The position numbers and the translations under genes are program-made. A stretch of DNA of 64,000 bases, taken from positions 2,437,339 through 2,501,338 of the forward strand of contig MU061538.1 of assembly GCA_013265495.1 (NCBI GenBank), read 5' to 3'. Source of the stretch: Vicugna vicugna. Its lineage: Eukaryota. A model generated the notes under the pieces. It saw only the letters and a program-made list of their open reading frames with translations. It was not told where the DNA came from and did no database searches. Below are positions 49,531 to 62,879 of the stretch, one piece after another. Position 1 is the stretch's first letter. Each line of letters begins with the position of its first letter.

Positions 49531-51814
49531 AAAAATGCGTCTGAAACAAAAAAGAGTTACATGTAGAAAACTAAAAAAACAGTTTAGGCCACACCCTAGG
49601 GAGGGAACACCCAGAGGTCCCTCTGTTTAATTCTCTAAAAAGGTTCTGCGTGTCCCAGGAGTGAGCACACTGCCCCGGGACCAACAACCCGCTCTCGCAG
49701 GAGGAACGCTTCATTCCGGCTGGGGCTGGGGGTCTGCTCGGGGGCTCTGGCAACTCATTTTCAGGTGGAAATACCATGGTGAGGTCCATGTTTCATCTCC
49801 TCGTAGGATGTGAGGAGGGAGAAAGATAAGGGTGTCAGATTAATTACACCGGAGGCTGAATCAGGAGGCAGCCAGCTTCCTGATATCACAAAACGGTTCT
49901 TATGGGTGGCGCTGCACGCAAATACAGCGTTCACAGTCATAACAGCACTTCGCATCTGCAGGGCATTTACAAGACTTTTCAAAGACTCTTCATAGACATG
50001 AACTCATTCGGTCTGGAGATAAGTCACCCTGGATGAAGACACTGAGCCCCGAGGCACCGTTCGGTGCAGAGAAGGAAGCGGGGACGTCATCTGACGCCGT
50101 CGTGAGTTTGTGCTCTTGGACAAGTCGCCTCTCGTTTTCTGACCCTCCCCGTCCTCACTGCTGACCTGAGACACGATAAGCACAGAAGGCGGTATGTGTG
50201 AGAGGCCCAAGCGTGGGGGAAGCGTTGTGCCCAGCGTGTGGGGCGCCCTGAGCAGAGCGTCGCCATGTTATCAGAGATTATGAACCAACCCAAGCAGGCG
50301 CGCAGTGGCCACCTGCTGTCTGAAGTCCAGCTTTTGCTAGTCACAGCTGCTTTTTTACTTACAGACTTGATCGGAAAAAATCACAAGAAATTATTAATAC
50401 TGTATAAAACATCTATCAGTGTGGGCAATGACTCCTCACCCAGGGTTAGAAGGAAAAGAAAACACAGGAATTTTGTAACATCCTGATCTTAACTTTGAAT
50501 CGGCCGGGACTGCAGTCAAGTGCAGTGCAGTCAGCATCTGCCCGGAGGGGTCTGCTGACCTAACGGGGTACGATGCCTTTCGGAAGGGACAGTGTCACTG
50601 GGAATTTTATATGTAACGCACCCTTTGCTATAGGCCTGGTGCTTAAAAGCATAATCTCAGATTTTTTGTTTTTTCATGAAGTTGTGGACAGTGTCTGTGA
50701 GGCTTCAGCGTTTATTGAAGAGGCTGTGCAGTCCCCACCCTGCCTTCCAGCATCTAAACCCGTGATGCTGAGGTCTGACTGCACAAGAGAAGTTCCTGGG
50801 ACCTTTCACACGCGGCGGTGCCCGCGCCCCGCCTGGAGCAAACACACCGGGATCCTGGGCTCAGGGCCCAGACACGTGCTTTAGCCAAGTCCAAGCGTAG
50901 CTGGGTCACGAGCCGCTAGTCCAAACAATCGCCTCGCGCCACAGCCTTTGTCTTCACTGAATGCGCACCAGGCCGTTGGACCCTTGGCCAATAAAATTTT
51001 AGAGTTGTGGGAAGACAGGATTTACAGGCTCTGCCACCTCGCTGGGAGATTACAGAAACGCTGGCAAGTCTCCTTGTGACACAGGAGCGGAAAGGCAGGC
51101 CCACCGGCTGCCTGACAGGCCGGCTTTGTGGTGACACTGACTCACCATTCAGATACGACTCAGCAGCGGTGTGGGGAGGAGGCTGGGGCCACGGGACAGA
51201 GAGATGTGCTGACAGCGCCGTGCCGTTAGGTTCCGTCAGCCTGGAGTCGACCGTTTGCTTCCCCGCCAACTGATTAACTCATGCGTTTATTCATTCTGTG
51301 CCTTTTTGACAGGAAGATTTTTGGAGTCTGCTAATCTTGGAGGGCAGTGACACAGGAAATTTGAAAGACAGAATTCACTAAGCAAGTCCAGCATGAACCT
51401 TGGCACGGGGTGGTCGGGTTCACAGGGAACAGAGCGCAGTGACTTCAGAGCACATTTCAGTGACTCAAGTTCCAGCAAAGATTCACACTTCTTGGCTAAC
51501 TTAAAGCATACAAGCTTGCATGGCCACGGAGAAAAGTAGTTTAATTAAATAAACACATGTACATGCAATTATCATTTTTTTTTAATCTGGAAGTTTACTG
51601 GAACTTCACTGAGCCTGACGTCACGTCGTGGGTGGTTACAACTCACGTGGAGGCTGAAAAGGCTAAGATTTAAGGGAGGCAGGGCGTAAGTCACGGCCTC
51701 GGATGGAGGCCAGCTGCAGCAGGTGAAAATACAGGGAAATGTGACCAATGCTTGTTGGGTTTACGCTTAAATCTGAAAAGATAATTGATTTCCACGTTGG
51801 GTAAATAACATGCC

Positions 51815-52560
51815 TTCATTGATTAAGTCCCTCCTTCAGCCTCTGGACACTGAGTCAGCGTTCACTAACAGCCAGCCTGTTCCTCAGGCTGAGAAGACGT
51901 TAGCGCACAGGAGAAGGTACCTATTCTACCCTGAAGGAGCTCACTGCCGGCTCGGACCCCCGAGTGAAGCGTGGGGATGGCGGTACTGGCAGGTCCCTCG
52001 CCCAGGCATGGCTGTGGGTGAGGATCTGGGAGAGTTTCCTGGGGGCAGAAGGTGTCTTTAACCAGGAAAGGAGGTTGGGGTTGGGGCGGGGGGTGGGATT
52101 ATGGGTGTGTTCTGGACCGACACGGGTGCAGAGGCGACAGGGTCCGGGACGTCTGGGGAGCTGGACAGCGTTCGTTATGGCCGGCCCTCGGTCTGGGAGG
52201 GGTAGGCCAGCATCAGGGAAGCACCTCGGGGGTCAAGAAGTCTGGGCTTGACCGTAAAGGCAGTGCAGCAGGGGAGGATTTTACGCAGGAGAGAGACAAG
52301 CTCGCTCAGTTACAGAATGGAGAACATTCTGGAACAGGCTAGATCTGGGCAGGCGGGCCAAGCCGGCACCTGTCACAGGAATCCAGCGTGAGGTGAGGTG
52401 GAGTGGAGAGGAGAGGATGGGTTCTAATCGCACCGAGAAAGCAGACTTCACGGGACTTGCTGACGGGTCAGCCTGGGGGTGAGGTCGGTGGGAGTCACAG
52501 ACGCCAGGTTTCTGCCCTGGGCAGTGGAGGAGGTGGTGGCCCCTCCAGTGAGGAGCGGGC
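51815..52560 (-). mobile_element. L2 remnant
   Basis: tcattgattaag...ccctgaaggagctcac...cagtgcagcagggg...ggcaggctagatctggg...cacgggacttgctgacggg...gggggtgagg. Confidence 0.5.
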
Positions 52561-53879
52561 ACCGCCAGAGGAGCCTCCCTGCAGGAGGCTTGGCAGAAAC
52601 AATGGCGAGCTCCGGCTGAGTCCGGGTCCTCTGAGATGCTTGGGTGCAGCTCAGAACGGACCCAGGAGATCGGGGCACACCCAGGGCGGGAACGTCAAAC
52701 AGAAGTGTTGGCCTGGGCGGGGCTTACCAACACGCATGATTTACACTAATTAAACCAGACCCAACTGCGGAAATTAAAACGTAATTGAGCTGTTAATGGC
52801 CTTCAAGTCATTACGGCAGAAACTGTAACTGTTCAGACAAATGGAGGTTTCCAAATTGAAGCACAAAGAGGAAAATCAATTCACAAATTTGTAATTGTTT
52901 TTATAAGTGGAAATAGCTGAGTTGAACTAGATTTTAGCCATGATATACGTAACAGAAACACAGTGTAAAATAAATAAAACTGGGTCTGTTTTTTTTAAAC
53001 TGACTCATTACGCTCACTTGGGTCTCTGTTCTCTCGTGAGGAGGTACCCGCAGTCCCCAGGAGTCAGGCAAGTGAAAGGAATCCTCAGGGGCTGCGGGAG
53101 GAACCACGTCGAAGGGCAGAAAGAAGACGCTGGTGTCCAGAACGGTTCTTTTCCAAAGTGAAGCATTATGGCTTTCCAGCACTTACAGCTGATCTCCAAT
53201 AATCCACAAGGGCTGGTACAGTGCTGTAAAGGAGGGTCCCGGGAAGCCTTCTCTGAAGAAGAGGCAGGAAGAATAACTTGCACACAGTCAACTGAGACGC
53301 TGCGCACGCTGCTGACGTGTCTCCGGACCTTCGTGGAAGCATCTCGCGTCACGTGAGCCGCGCATGTTGGGTCCGGCGCCCCGCCTGTCTTCGAGGACTC
53401 TGCCAGTCCGGACGGAGCCCCAGGGGGATGAGTGAGGACACACGCCAGTGAGGTCTGACTGCACCCTCCGGCATCGGAGCAAAACCACTGTGTCCTGGCG
53501 GGGGAAGGAGGGGGCCTCGTACTCCGAAATTCCTGGGGAAAGCAGGGGGTTCGGGCCCTCTGGGCAGAACACTCAGTCCAGCCTGCTCTTTTTGATGTTT
53601 TAAATAATGGAAACTCACATTCTTGTTTTGAGACCCTTCATAGCATAATAAACATTTTAAGAAAAAAATGTCTGACTCAAAAATCCAGAAATGCCTTCTA
53701 CGTGTAGCTCAGGGTCTGAACCACTGCATTAATTAAGCATCAGACGAGTTGTTAAGCCCTCAGATTTTTAGTTTGTAACATCAAGGTTTTCTAATTTCCA
53801 TGAATGTTGAACCTTGTATCCATAAATCCGACATTGAATTTTGCTTTCCCGTCTGGGAACCGTTCATCTAACAGGCAAG

Positions 53880-54110
53880 AGTTCGCTGAGAAGCCGGACT
53901 CTGCTCAGTGGAGCATTGGGGCAGGGGAGATGAAAACGTAAGAAAAACATTCTTAGTCCTTGAAGAGCTTCCATTTGGACGGGGAAGGGAAGTTACTCAA
54001 ACCTGAAATAGTTGAATAATAAAACGAGGGAGCTGATGAGCGGCCACAGTAAGCGGGAATGACAGTATTACAGCAGTTCAGAGGGAGAAAGCCAGGGCCA
54101 CTCCACGGAG
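53880..54110 (-). mobile_element. L2 3' remnant
   Basis: gagcattggggcaggggagatgaaaac...tccttgaagagcttccatttggacggggaag. Confidence 0.45.
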
Positions 54111-54899
54111 AGGAGGAGACAGGACCATTACGTTGACCTTTCCCAGCTGTGAAACCTTTTAGGAATTATGACAGAGAGGCGTTCCCTCCACCCAAATGGG
54201 AGAAGCCCCCAGAACAGCCCGTAAAGGCCCATTCCGAGCGGCACAGACGGTGTGGGTCGCCCCAGAGGCTCCTGGAAACACCCCCAGGTGCCCAGAACCT
54301 GCTCCATCCACGTAATGGGAGCAAACGGGTTTGCCCGTGGCTGCAGATGTACCCGTGGCCTCACCCCCCACATCCTAATGTCTAAAAAGGTTACTTTTAT
54401 TTTGACCGCCTTGTTGCGTTATCGAAGGAATCCATCATTGAACGCATTCTCTCTTAATGCAGAACCCTGGTCCTGAAATTCTCTAACCTAATATTCCCAA
54501 GGCAGACGTGGGCGCCCTTCTAAATTAGATTTTTTATAAAAGATAGTGCATTGCTTCCATCACAACTGCATTAGGGAAACTCTGATGAGGAAGAGAACAT
54601 GGTTTACCTTCACAGACCTATGTGCACCACTAGGTCAGGCCCAGCTTTCAACCCCAAATTCACCTTTTTCTTAATTGCTTTGGTTGACAACTAAATTCTG
54701 GAAAATCTCTCCTGCAGGTTTGCAGGAGAATCAGGCAAAGGGCACAAGCCTGGTGCTTTGAAACCAGCAAGAACGAAGGCACCGTCACCCCAGGGACCAG
54801 TTTATTCACGTTTGCGCCTCTGTGAAAAGCACCACACGCCAGCAGCCTCCCCTCGGCTGGGACACGTCTGTCGAGTGGAATTCTTAAACCTTGTATTTG

Positions 54900-55370
54900 A
54901 CGATACATTTTCTTCTCAATTTTTAATACATATAAAATGCTTCTTCTCGGAGAAAATTTTAGAAGTGAGTAGCATGCCCATAATATGGCCAGCGCCACAC
55001 AGTCACCCCTTCCCGCAGGCAAAGTCACGCCAAACAGCTCACTGTCAGTCCTGATCTGAGGTAACAGCTGGTGTCTTTTCCACGCTCACGTACCGTCTAC
55101 CTATGTTCTTTCGATGGCGGTGTAACAGCTTATCCCGTCAAGGTACCATACGTCACCAACCTGCTCTCCTGTCAACACTTTGGCTTTAAAGCCATCATTA
55201 CAGATAACAGAATTACAAATGTCCTTGTTTACATGGCTTTTGGCTTCTCTCTGAGGAACTTCTCTGCCGAAGTGCTGGAAGGTCTTTACGACTCTCACCA
55301 CATACTTTCGTGCTGTTCTGAGAATGAATTTCCCTTGTGCCCCTCCCTACATTCACACGGCAGAAGGTAG
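54900..55370 (-). mobile_element. Ancient L1ME-type 3' remnant
   Basis: ccatacgtcaccaacctgctctcctgtcaacactttggc...ttacaaatgtccttgtttacatggc...gaagtgctggaagg. Confidence 0.5.
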
Positions 55371-56258
55371 ACAGAAATCTCCACCGAATCACAATTCACT
55401 AATGACACAGTTTCTGTCACTCCCTCTTTAATCCCACACGGATGAAAGCTTTTGTTTCTGCTTTTCTGAAGCCGCCTTTGCGTTCTGAAATCCCAGTCTC
55501 TGCAGAGAACCTTCTGGTCAAAGGGGAAGCCCCGGCAAGCACTTCCTACTCGCCCAGGGCTCCGCCGTGGTCAGTGGTACCTCCGTTGCTCCGCCCCATC
55601 CCTTCAGGTTAATGGCTGAGAACTCAGCTTATTTACTTGAGTGCAAGTGAGTATTAAAGTGATTGAGTCCCACGGAGCCCGGAAGTGATAACATACGGCG
55701 TTGACTTCGAAGGGCACCCTTGGTGGGGCTAGTAAATCACTCACCAAGCTGCCCCATCCATTATTTGAGGACACACGAGGCGATTTCCATCCCGGTGAAT
55801 TAATTTCTTGGCTACTGTCATGGACTTCAGGGCCCATGATGAATGTTTTTACAATGAATACCACATTAACCCAAACTGATTAGAAGCTTTTATAAGTTAT
55901 TAATGGGATGTCACTCCGGTCCAGTCCTTCCCGTGCCTACGACGTTTCATTAAATAATCTCCTCTTGCTGGAAAGATCAATCTTCCTCCCCTCGATGGAC
56001 TTGTCAGCATCGACGGAACGCTCCCTGCTGGCTTTCTTACTCAGAACTGGGCGAGCGGTAATGCCTTTGGGGCTGTGACCTGGGGGAGGCAGCTCACCTG
56101 CTTCTGCTCAGTTTCCGGGGTTGGGGGGGGCTGCCGGAAAGGAGAGAAAGCAGCTGAGCAGCGAGAGGGCCCAGGGCTGAGGGATGCGGCTTACAGGAGG
56201 GAGAAGGAGGCAGGCGGTCCTACCGGCCTTTGCTTTTAAGGGTCTGCCCCCGCCTCCC

Positions 56259-56592
56259 ATTTTGTTGAGATGGTAACTGACACACAACGAGTAAGTTTAA
56301 GGTGAGGAGAGTGTTGATCTGTTACACGTCTCTGCTGCAAAACGCCTGCCATCACAGCGCCGGCTAACACCTCCGTCCAGCCACGTAGTTACCATTTCAT
56401 CAGTCAGACAGGAAAACAAACACTGTATGATCTCGCTGACGTGTGGAACCTAAAAAACCCGAACTCACGAAACCGAGAGCTGGACGGTGGTCGCCAGGGC
56501 CGCAGGGTGGCCGGGGGAGGGCGGGGAGGTGCCGGTCACAGGCAGGAGCTCCCAGGCAGGGGCAGGGTAAGTTCCGGGGCCAGCGCCCAGGT
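56259..56592. mobile_element. L1MA-type 3' element in two opposite-orientation pieces (56259-56398 minus, 56399-56592 plus)
   Basis: The minus piece reverse-complements to aaatggtaactacgtgg...caccttaaactta...tgtcagttaccatctcaacaaa (L1 terminus). The plus piece agtcagacaggaaaacaaacactgtatgatctcgctgacgtgtggaacctaaaaaa...aactcacgaaaccgagag is the upstream 3' UTR. Confidence 0.75.
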
Positions 56593-56969
56593 GTCTTACA
56601 CGGAGAGCATTCTCTCTGCCCCGGGGACGACCTGGGGCAGCGTCAGGGCAGGGGAACTGTCACCTGATGACGGTCTTTCCAGAGAGACAGCTGCTTGAAA
56701 ACTTACACGGAGCCAAAGCCTCAGAAGGCGACGGTGCGTCTCCCGAGCAGCCTCCCTGCCCTGTGGGTCGCAGGGGAGGCAGCCCTCGTACGCCACCCAG
56801 CCCCTCGGTGACATCCGGCATCTCCCTGCTCCGCAAGCCCAGCCTCGCTCGCCTTCCCACACATCCCAGACCCTCATTTCATGGAATCCTTACTCTCTCC
56901 TCATTCTCCGCACCGTGGTGGAGTGGCAGCCGCCCTTCATCAGAGCTTCCTTCTCACCAGGCGCGAGCA

Positions 56970-57133
56970 GACTGACCTGATCCTCACAGCGGCCCCCTAC
57001 AAGACACGTGCTGTTACCTCCCGTCTACACATGCGGAAACTGAGGCTTCGAGAGGTCATCTTAATCACGATCACGCCTTCAGGAGGTGCCAGAAGCAAGA
57101 TCAGAGTGTGCCCCCTTGACTCCAGAGCTTCTA
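56970..57133 (-). mobile_element. MIR SINE remnant
   Basis: gatcctcacagcggcccc...ctacacatgcggaaactgaggcttcgagagg...ttgactccagagc. Confidence 0.75.
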
Positions 57134-60100
57134 CTGTGAACGGCCCTTGGCAGCCAGAACGAACTAGGTACAGCTTCCTTCTTCGAAGGCTTAAGATGAG
57201 GACCCGCAGACTCTGAGACGGATGAGGTGGTTGGGATGCCAGATGGGGCTCCCGGGTTCACATCTGGGCTGGCTCCTGGGTTCCCACTGTCTCGCTCGGG
57301 GTGTGGCGGCAGGTGTCCTGGCTCCACCTCCCAGCCTTTGAGCTCAGTGTTGTAAGGTGAGCGCCACCCACTGGGCCCTTCTCTCTGTACTTGTCTGTCC
57401 CGCCGAGAGCTGAGGGTCCTCCCCACGGTGCCAGGCCTTCTGCAGACGTCCACACCTGGAGCTGCACGAAGCAGACACTCTCTAGCCTCCCTCTTTACCG
57501 CCCTGCGCCTCACCCCATCTGACAGTGTTCTGGGCTTTCAAGAACAACCTCTTCATCTAGCATCTTATGGTGAATTACTGACACGTTGGTAGCATGAATT
57601 TTTACAATGTTAATGAGCTATTTTTAAAAACCTTGTTTTCTCTAATGCATTAACTCAAAGGCTCTGAAGTGACCCAGAGTGAGTGCAGACGCCTTCAGCT
57701 CAGATTTTTCTGAATCCTTCACTGACTCATAGAAACGTGTTAAGATGCTGTCTGGGGAGGAGGTAGCGTGAGCCAGCGCTAGTGGATGGGTGTGGTTAAG
57801 ACCCTCGCCTTTGTTGTTGCTGTTGAGATGTTAGCAAGAAGAATAACCTCCTCTGACAAAATGGAGTGAAGCAGGTGAGAAAGCAGCGCCGGGACCAAAG
57901 GCGTCACACGGAGTGGATTTTCATAGCTTAGCTTCCTTAGAATGGATGCAGTCCTCCAGAGCCACGGCGGTCACGTCCCAGGCCTAAGACGTGTGACCGC
58001 CACCAGGGCAGAGACTGGCCCAGGGCTCTGCACAGGCAGCCCGCCAGGGGCCGCAGAGAATGCAGGTGCAAAGGTCTCCTGGAGGAAAGGCTGCTGGAAC
58101 CCGGGAAGGAAAGCCTGGTGGACGCACAGGCCTGGGGAGCCCGCAGTGCCAGCAGGCGACCTAGGTCATCCCTGCAAGGAGGCCCAGGCTCCGGTCCTGG
58201 CCGAGGGTCACAGCCGAGCAAGCAGGGAGCGGTCCACGAGGCCTGCCTGCTGGGCGGGCTCTGTTCCAGAGGAACCATTTCATCCAGACTGAAGGACCCA
58301 AGAGACCTGGGCAGGTACCCACCTCCCGCAGCCCCTGCTGCGGACAGGACGCCACACCCGGACAGAGAGGACGGAGAAGGGTTGGGGAACACATCTTGGG
58401 AGCACCATTTCAGGCACGAATTTCTAGCAGAATGGCGGCGTCCCCAAGGTCAAGGTTGTCCGTCTCCTCTAACAATGCGGGGGCCAACCGGGCAGTACTC
58501 ACCAGCTACGAAGTGATCTGAAGGCCCAACACAATTACTAATCAGGGGCCACGTAGCGGCTTTGGAGAAAGTGCCTTTAAGGCCGTCCTGGTGCCCGGTG
58601 TCGCCTTCCTGTGACGACGGGGCTCCCGCCCGCGTGCATCACTGCGACCTCCCCACACAAGGAGGGGCCGCTGCGGGGCCGCCCAGGAGAGCGCTAGGTG
58701 AACTTGGGGTGCAGCTGCGCTCTCTGCTCCCAAAGGAGACTTACTCACTTCAGTCTGACTCATTGTAATTAGAGTGGCTTTCCTTTGGGGAGCAATATTT
58801 ACTTTTTAAAATCAAATGGCAATGAGAGGTTTGTTAGTGTTTGCAAGGCCTGCCTGTGGGCTTGAATTTTCCTTGCCAAGACAGTGTGCGCCGGGGGTGC
58901 CTCTCGGTGGGCTGCTGGCCCCGGGACTCAGGAGTCCCCAGGGGAGGACGGCCGAGAGGGCACGTGATCCTGACAACTCCTGGGCCCCTGCGGGAGGAGT
59001 CTGCTGACCCCGCCCCAGCACACAGGGTGCTTTGTCAGCGGTGATCTGTGCCGCCTACTGCCCTCCGCACAGGAACCGCAGAACAAAACAGCGAAGTTAA
59101 AAAGTTTAAAACCCAAATTTCCACGAGCACCTCAGTGCGCCTGGCAGTCAGCCCAAACGTCAGCGCTGACCGCTCCACCAAACCTCCACTTCCTCGGGGC
59201 AGAAAAGAGGCTGAACTGCACTCACAGACGGCAACGTCCTGAACACCTACATCGGTTCTGGCCATTTGCCTCCGTCCAGTAGTTCCATGTTCAGGGACTG
59301 AGGACCATGGGGACACACCACTGAGGATAATCAGCCCGTTCGCGCATCGCTTCTGACCTCGGCAGATCTTTCCTGAGCGCCAGGTGCTGAGCCAGGCACT
59401 CAGAACACACAGGTGACAATGCTGTTTAATGTGGCCCCAGTGTGATGACAGATACAAAGTGAACAGGGCCACTGAAAGCACGGGATGGCACTTGGTTGTA
59501 GTATGGTCTTTGAGACGACTCAAGAGGCTTTTAATCATCCTTAGATGAATATTAAAATAAAAATAGAAATATGCAATTAAAAATTAAAAGAAAACCACAC
59601 AGGTGACAAATGCTGGATACTGACACTAAATGCCACCTGGCCGGGGAGAGACGTACAGACAGGAGACGCGTGTGACAGGAGCCTGCGCAGCGGGACATGG
59701 CGCCGGGGGCGGGGACCCCGCAGTGTGGGCAGGGGTGTCAGGGCAGCGCTCTCAGAGAAGCTGACGCCCAGCGCTGTTGCTAGAGGGGTCTCGTCCAGTT
59801 TTGGACAGAGGGAACCCTGGGGCTCGAACCACCCTGGAGGTCACCCGGCCCAGACCTTCCACTCGCTGGCGGGCCGGCCGACGGCAGCCTGGCAGCCGGT
59901 CCACGAACACCCAGGACTGGAGCCCCTGTCTTTAACCATCAGCTCAGAGCCCCTTTCAAGACACCAGCCTGGCCATTCAGTTTCTCGAAACATCTTAGTT
60001 TTGCCAATTTGAGTGGGAATCCATGAAGAAATCGGGGGTGAACAGAGAGGGCGCCCTCGCTGGGGGCGCTCTGCAGGCAGACCCTCGGGCGGGGGGCCCG

Positions 60101-60509
60101 ACTCCACGAGGGCCTGCGATCCACCTTCTGCATAAAAGCCTCCCAAGGAAACAGCCAGAGGTCCGGGAGCAAAACACAAGAAACCGCCACGATGCCACGC
60201 CCCGATGGTTCCCGCACGCAGTCCTTCGATGAGCTCTGACTCCCGGCAAGTCTACCGTCCAAACATGCACTTACAGTCGGGGACGGCTTTAAGGCTGTGG
60301 GACACCAGAACCAAGGCACACACGATTCCAATTCCAAGGGGAACGTCCAACGAAAGGAAAGGGGATTTTCCCTAGGCAGGTGTTCTGGCGCATTTCTCCA
60401 AAATTTAAGTCACACCAACACAGATTCTCAGTATAGCACGATAGATTCAGTCTATAAGACGTAAACGTCGTCAACATGGAAACTTGGTCACCGAACGCAA
60501 CGTGCTTAC

Positions 60510-60591
60510 CAGCTGTTGACCCTTCGGGCCCCACCCCGCGTACTGAAGCTTCGCGTTGCTGACTTCCGGTGGATCTAGACTTTGCGGATCC
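60510..60591 (-). CDS. DPP6: DPP6 coding exon (equivalent to human exon 7), 82 nt: (G)[27 protein letters not shown]
   Basis: Contained in ORF 60471..60674(-). Acceptor ttttctttgtttcttttctctcag|G, donor CTG|gtaagc. Ends in phase 0 and joins IFIFENN of the next exon. Confidence 0.98.
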
Positions 60592-61814
60592 CTGAGAGAA
60601 AAGAAACAAAGAAAATCGTGGGAAACTAGAATCTGAGAAGCTGCGATAGTACCCTTCAGTGGTAGCTCACCCATTTCTCTTCCACGGTACCAACTTCAGG
60701 CGCTCGTGTTATCAGACGATCCATCTCGTTCAGCGCCCGTTAGATTCCTTCAGATGATGGTGTGTGTATATGTACACATGACTTACACGAAGCTGAAACA
60801 GGTCCACCAGTGCCCAACCCAGATAGTAACAGATCCCATCTTTGGCTTTCCTGGCAGGTAGGTTTTTTCTTTTTTAAACTAAGCATAATGCCAGGGCATT
60901 CTGACCTTCCAAAACCAGTGGTCTCAGGACAGAGTCCACCCTTTGGTTCATGATGGGACAAAGCGAGAGAGTGACAAAGACAGAGACACTGAGGAGAGCA
61001 GGAGGGGCAGCTTGAGAGAAGGGCTTCTTTGCTTTTACACATCCCTCACTTTTCATTCTTAACTTATTGATCTGCAAAATACCATGCAAAAAACCCCATC
61101 TATGCACTTAAATAAAGATCATAATGAACAGAAGTCATAACCAAAAAATACACCTACCACCTCTATAGACATTAAACCTTTCAGTCAGTTTTGTAGCTAC
61201 CACTGTCTACACACGTGGAAAAGGCTGGCTTTCCTGTTTCTTTCGGATGGTGGGGCTCCCCAGGAGAATTACCCCCATGCTCTGCGGAGCAGGCCAGCCC
61301 GTCACCGGGCGGCACCATTTCCGGGGCAGGAGACGTAGCCATGAATGTGCTCATTCATATGGTCTTCGGCAAAGAACGGTGTTGAATTTTAGAAGTTGCT
61401 TGAAGCAAGGAGATGAGGCAAGAAGGGAAGGGAGGTGAAACAGGGAGGGGTGTGCTGACTCAGGGCTTGGATCAGTAGAAAACTCTAAAGTCAACGCTTA
61501 ACAAACCTTCAAGACCAAACAGAAGACATTTCAGAGTGAAAAGTGCTGGGGAGGTCGGGATGGCCTGCAGCGCGCCCGGGCAGCTCTAGGTGGCGTGGGA
61601 GTGGGTGTGGAGAAAGCAGGGGGATCTGAAGACGGGCAGTGCGTGCCAAGGAAGGGACGGCACAGGCAACAGGCATCCGCTGGGAAGGCCGACGCCCAGC
61701 GCCCGACGCCCGGGCAGTTAGAAGAGTAAAGTGGGGTCTTAACCGTCTAGGTTCCTAATGAATTTTAACAAGTCTTACCATTTCTATGTTCCTAATATTT
61801 CAAAATATTTCTAC

Positions 61815-62780
61815 AAACACGGGTGATTTCCTCTATAACCTTGTGTAGAAAGGCCTTCTAAGGGTGACTCAAAATCCAAAAGTGATCAAATAAAACAGGG
61901 ATAAATTACATAAAAATTAAAAAATTTTGCATGACCAAAAAAAAAAAAAACACAAACAAAAGATAATTGGGAAACCGGGAAAAAGTATTTTACTAAGTAT
62001 CATGGAGAAATGACTAATATTCTTTTACATAAAGAACTCTAGTAAGGTTATAAAAGACCAAAAAAATAGAAATATGAGAAAAAGACTCAAACAGATAATT
62101 CACAAAAATATAGAAAAATGGTCCTCAAATGTATTAAAAAGTATGCAAATAGGTGCAAAATTAGAAAAATACAAATGGAAACTATACTGTTATCATGTCT
62201 CACCTATAAAACTGCTCCCGCCTCCAAAAAAAAAGAGAAGCAAAGGAAAGCAAGACACATTGTGCCGGTGAGGCGGCGAGGAAACAGGTTTCTCACACTT
62301 TGCTGGTGAGGATGCAAACAGGCACAACCCTTGCAGAGGAAAGCTTGGTGACACCTAACAAAACACACACGCCATTAGCTCTGGCCCTGGAGCACTCCCT
62401 AGAAGGCATAACCCGCCAACATAAAAGTGCATATGCAGAAGCCAACATCCATCGCAGCTTTGTAATTACAAGACGCTGGAAACAGTATGTGTTTGAATAA
62501 ACTAGGCACATACACACAATGGACACGGTACAGCTGTAAAGAAGGACAGCGTCTATCGACCGATACGGAGTGATTTCCACGACAGGGTTATTTCAGGCAA
62601 AGCCCAGCAGAACTTCTGCAGTGTGCAACCCACCTACAAGAAAGGGATCTAAGAGAATACACGGTGTCTCCTTGTTAGTGAAAAAAAGAAATGCAGTAAG
62701 CACAAGCCAGAAACCAGAGCTGGGTTATGCACAGGGTGGGCGGGAAGGCAGGGGGCCGGGCCGGGTTGCTGGGACGAGAG
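61815..62780 (+). mobile_element. Ancient L1ME-type ORF2 C-terminus and 3' UTR remnant
   Basis: A-rich; aaatacaaatggaaactatactgttatcatgtctcacctat resembles [15 protein letters not shown]; ctcacactttgctggtgaggatgcaaac resembles LIHCWWECK. Confidence 0.8.
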
Positions 62781-62879
62781 AGGAGAGACACTCCTCTGGG
62801 TGTATTTTTTGGTATCACGCCCCGTCTTGGGCCACAGTAGGGTTTCACATCTCTTCACCTGCTCCAAAAATAAAACAAC

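Noticed and set aside
50880-51080. Possible MER58 and other hAT remnants (also about 10500-10900)
   Set aside because: Similarity is too patchy to call without a profile search.
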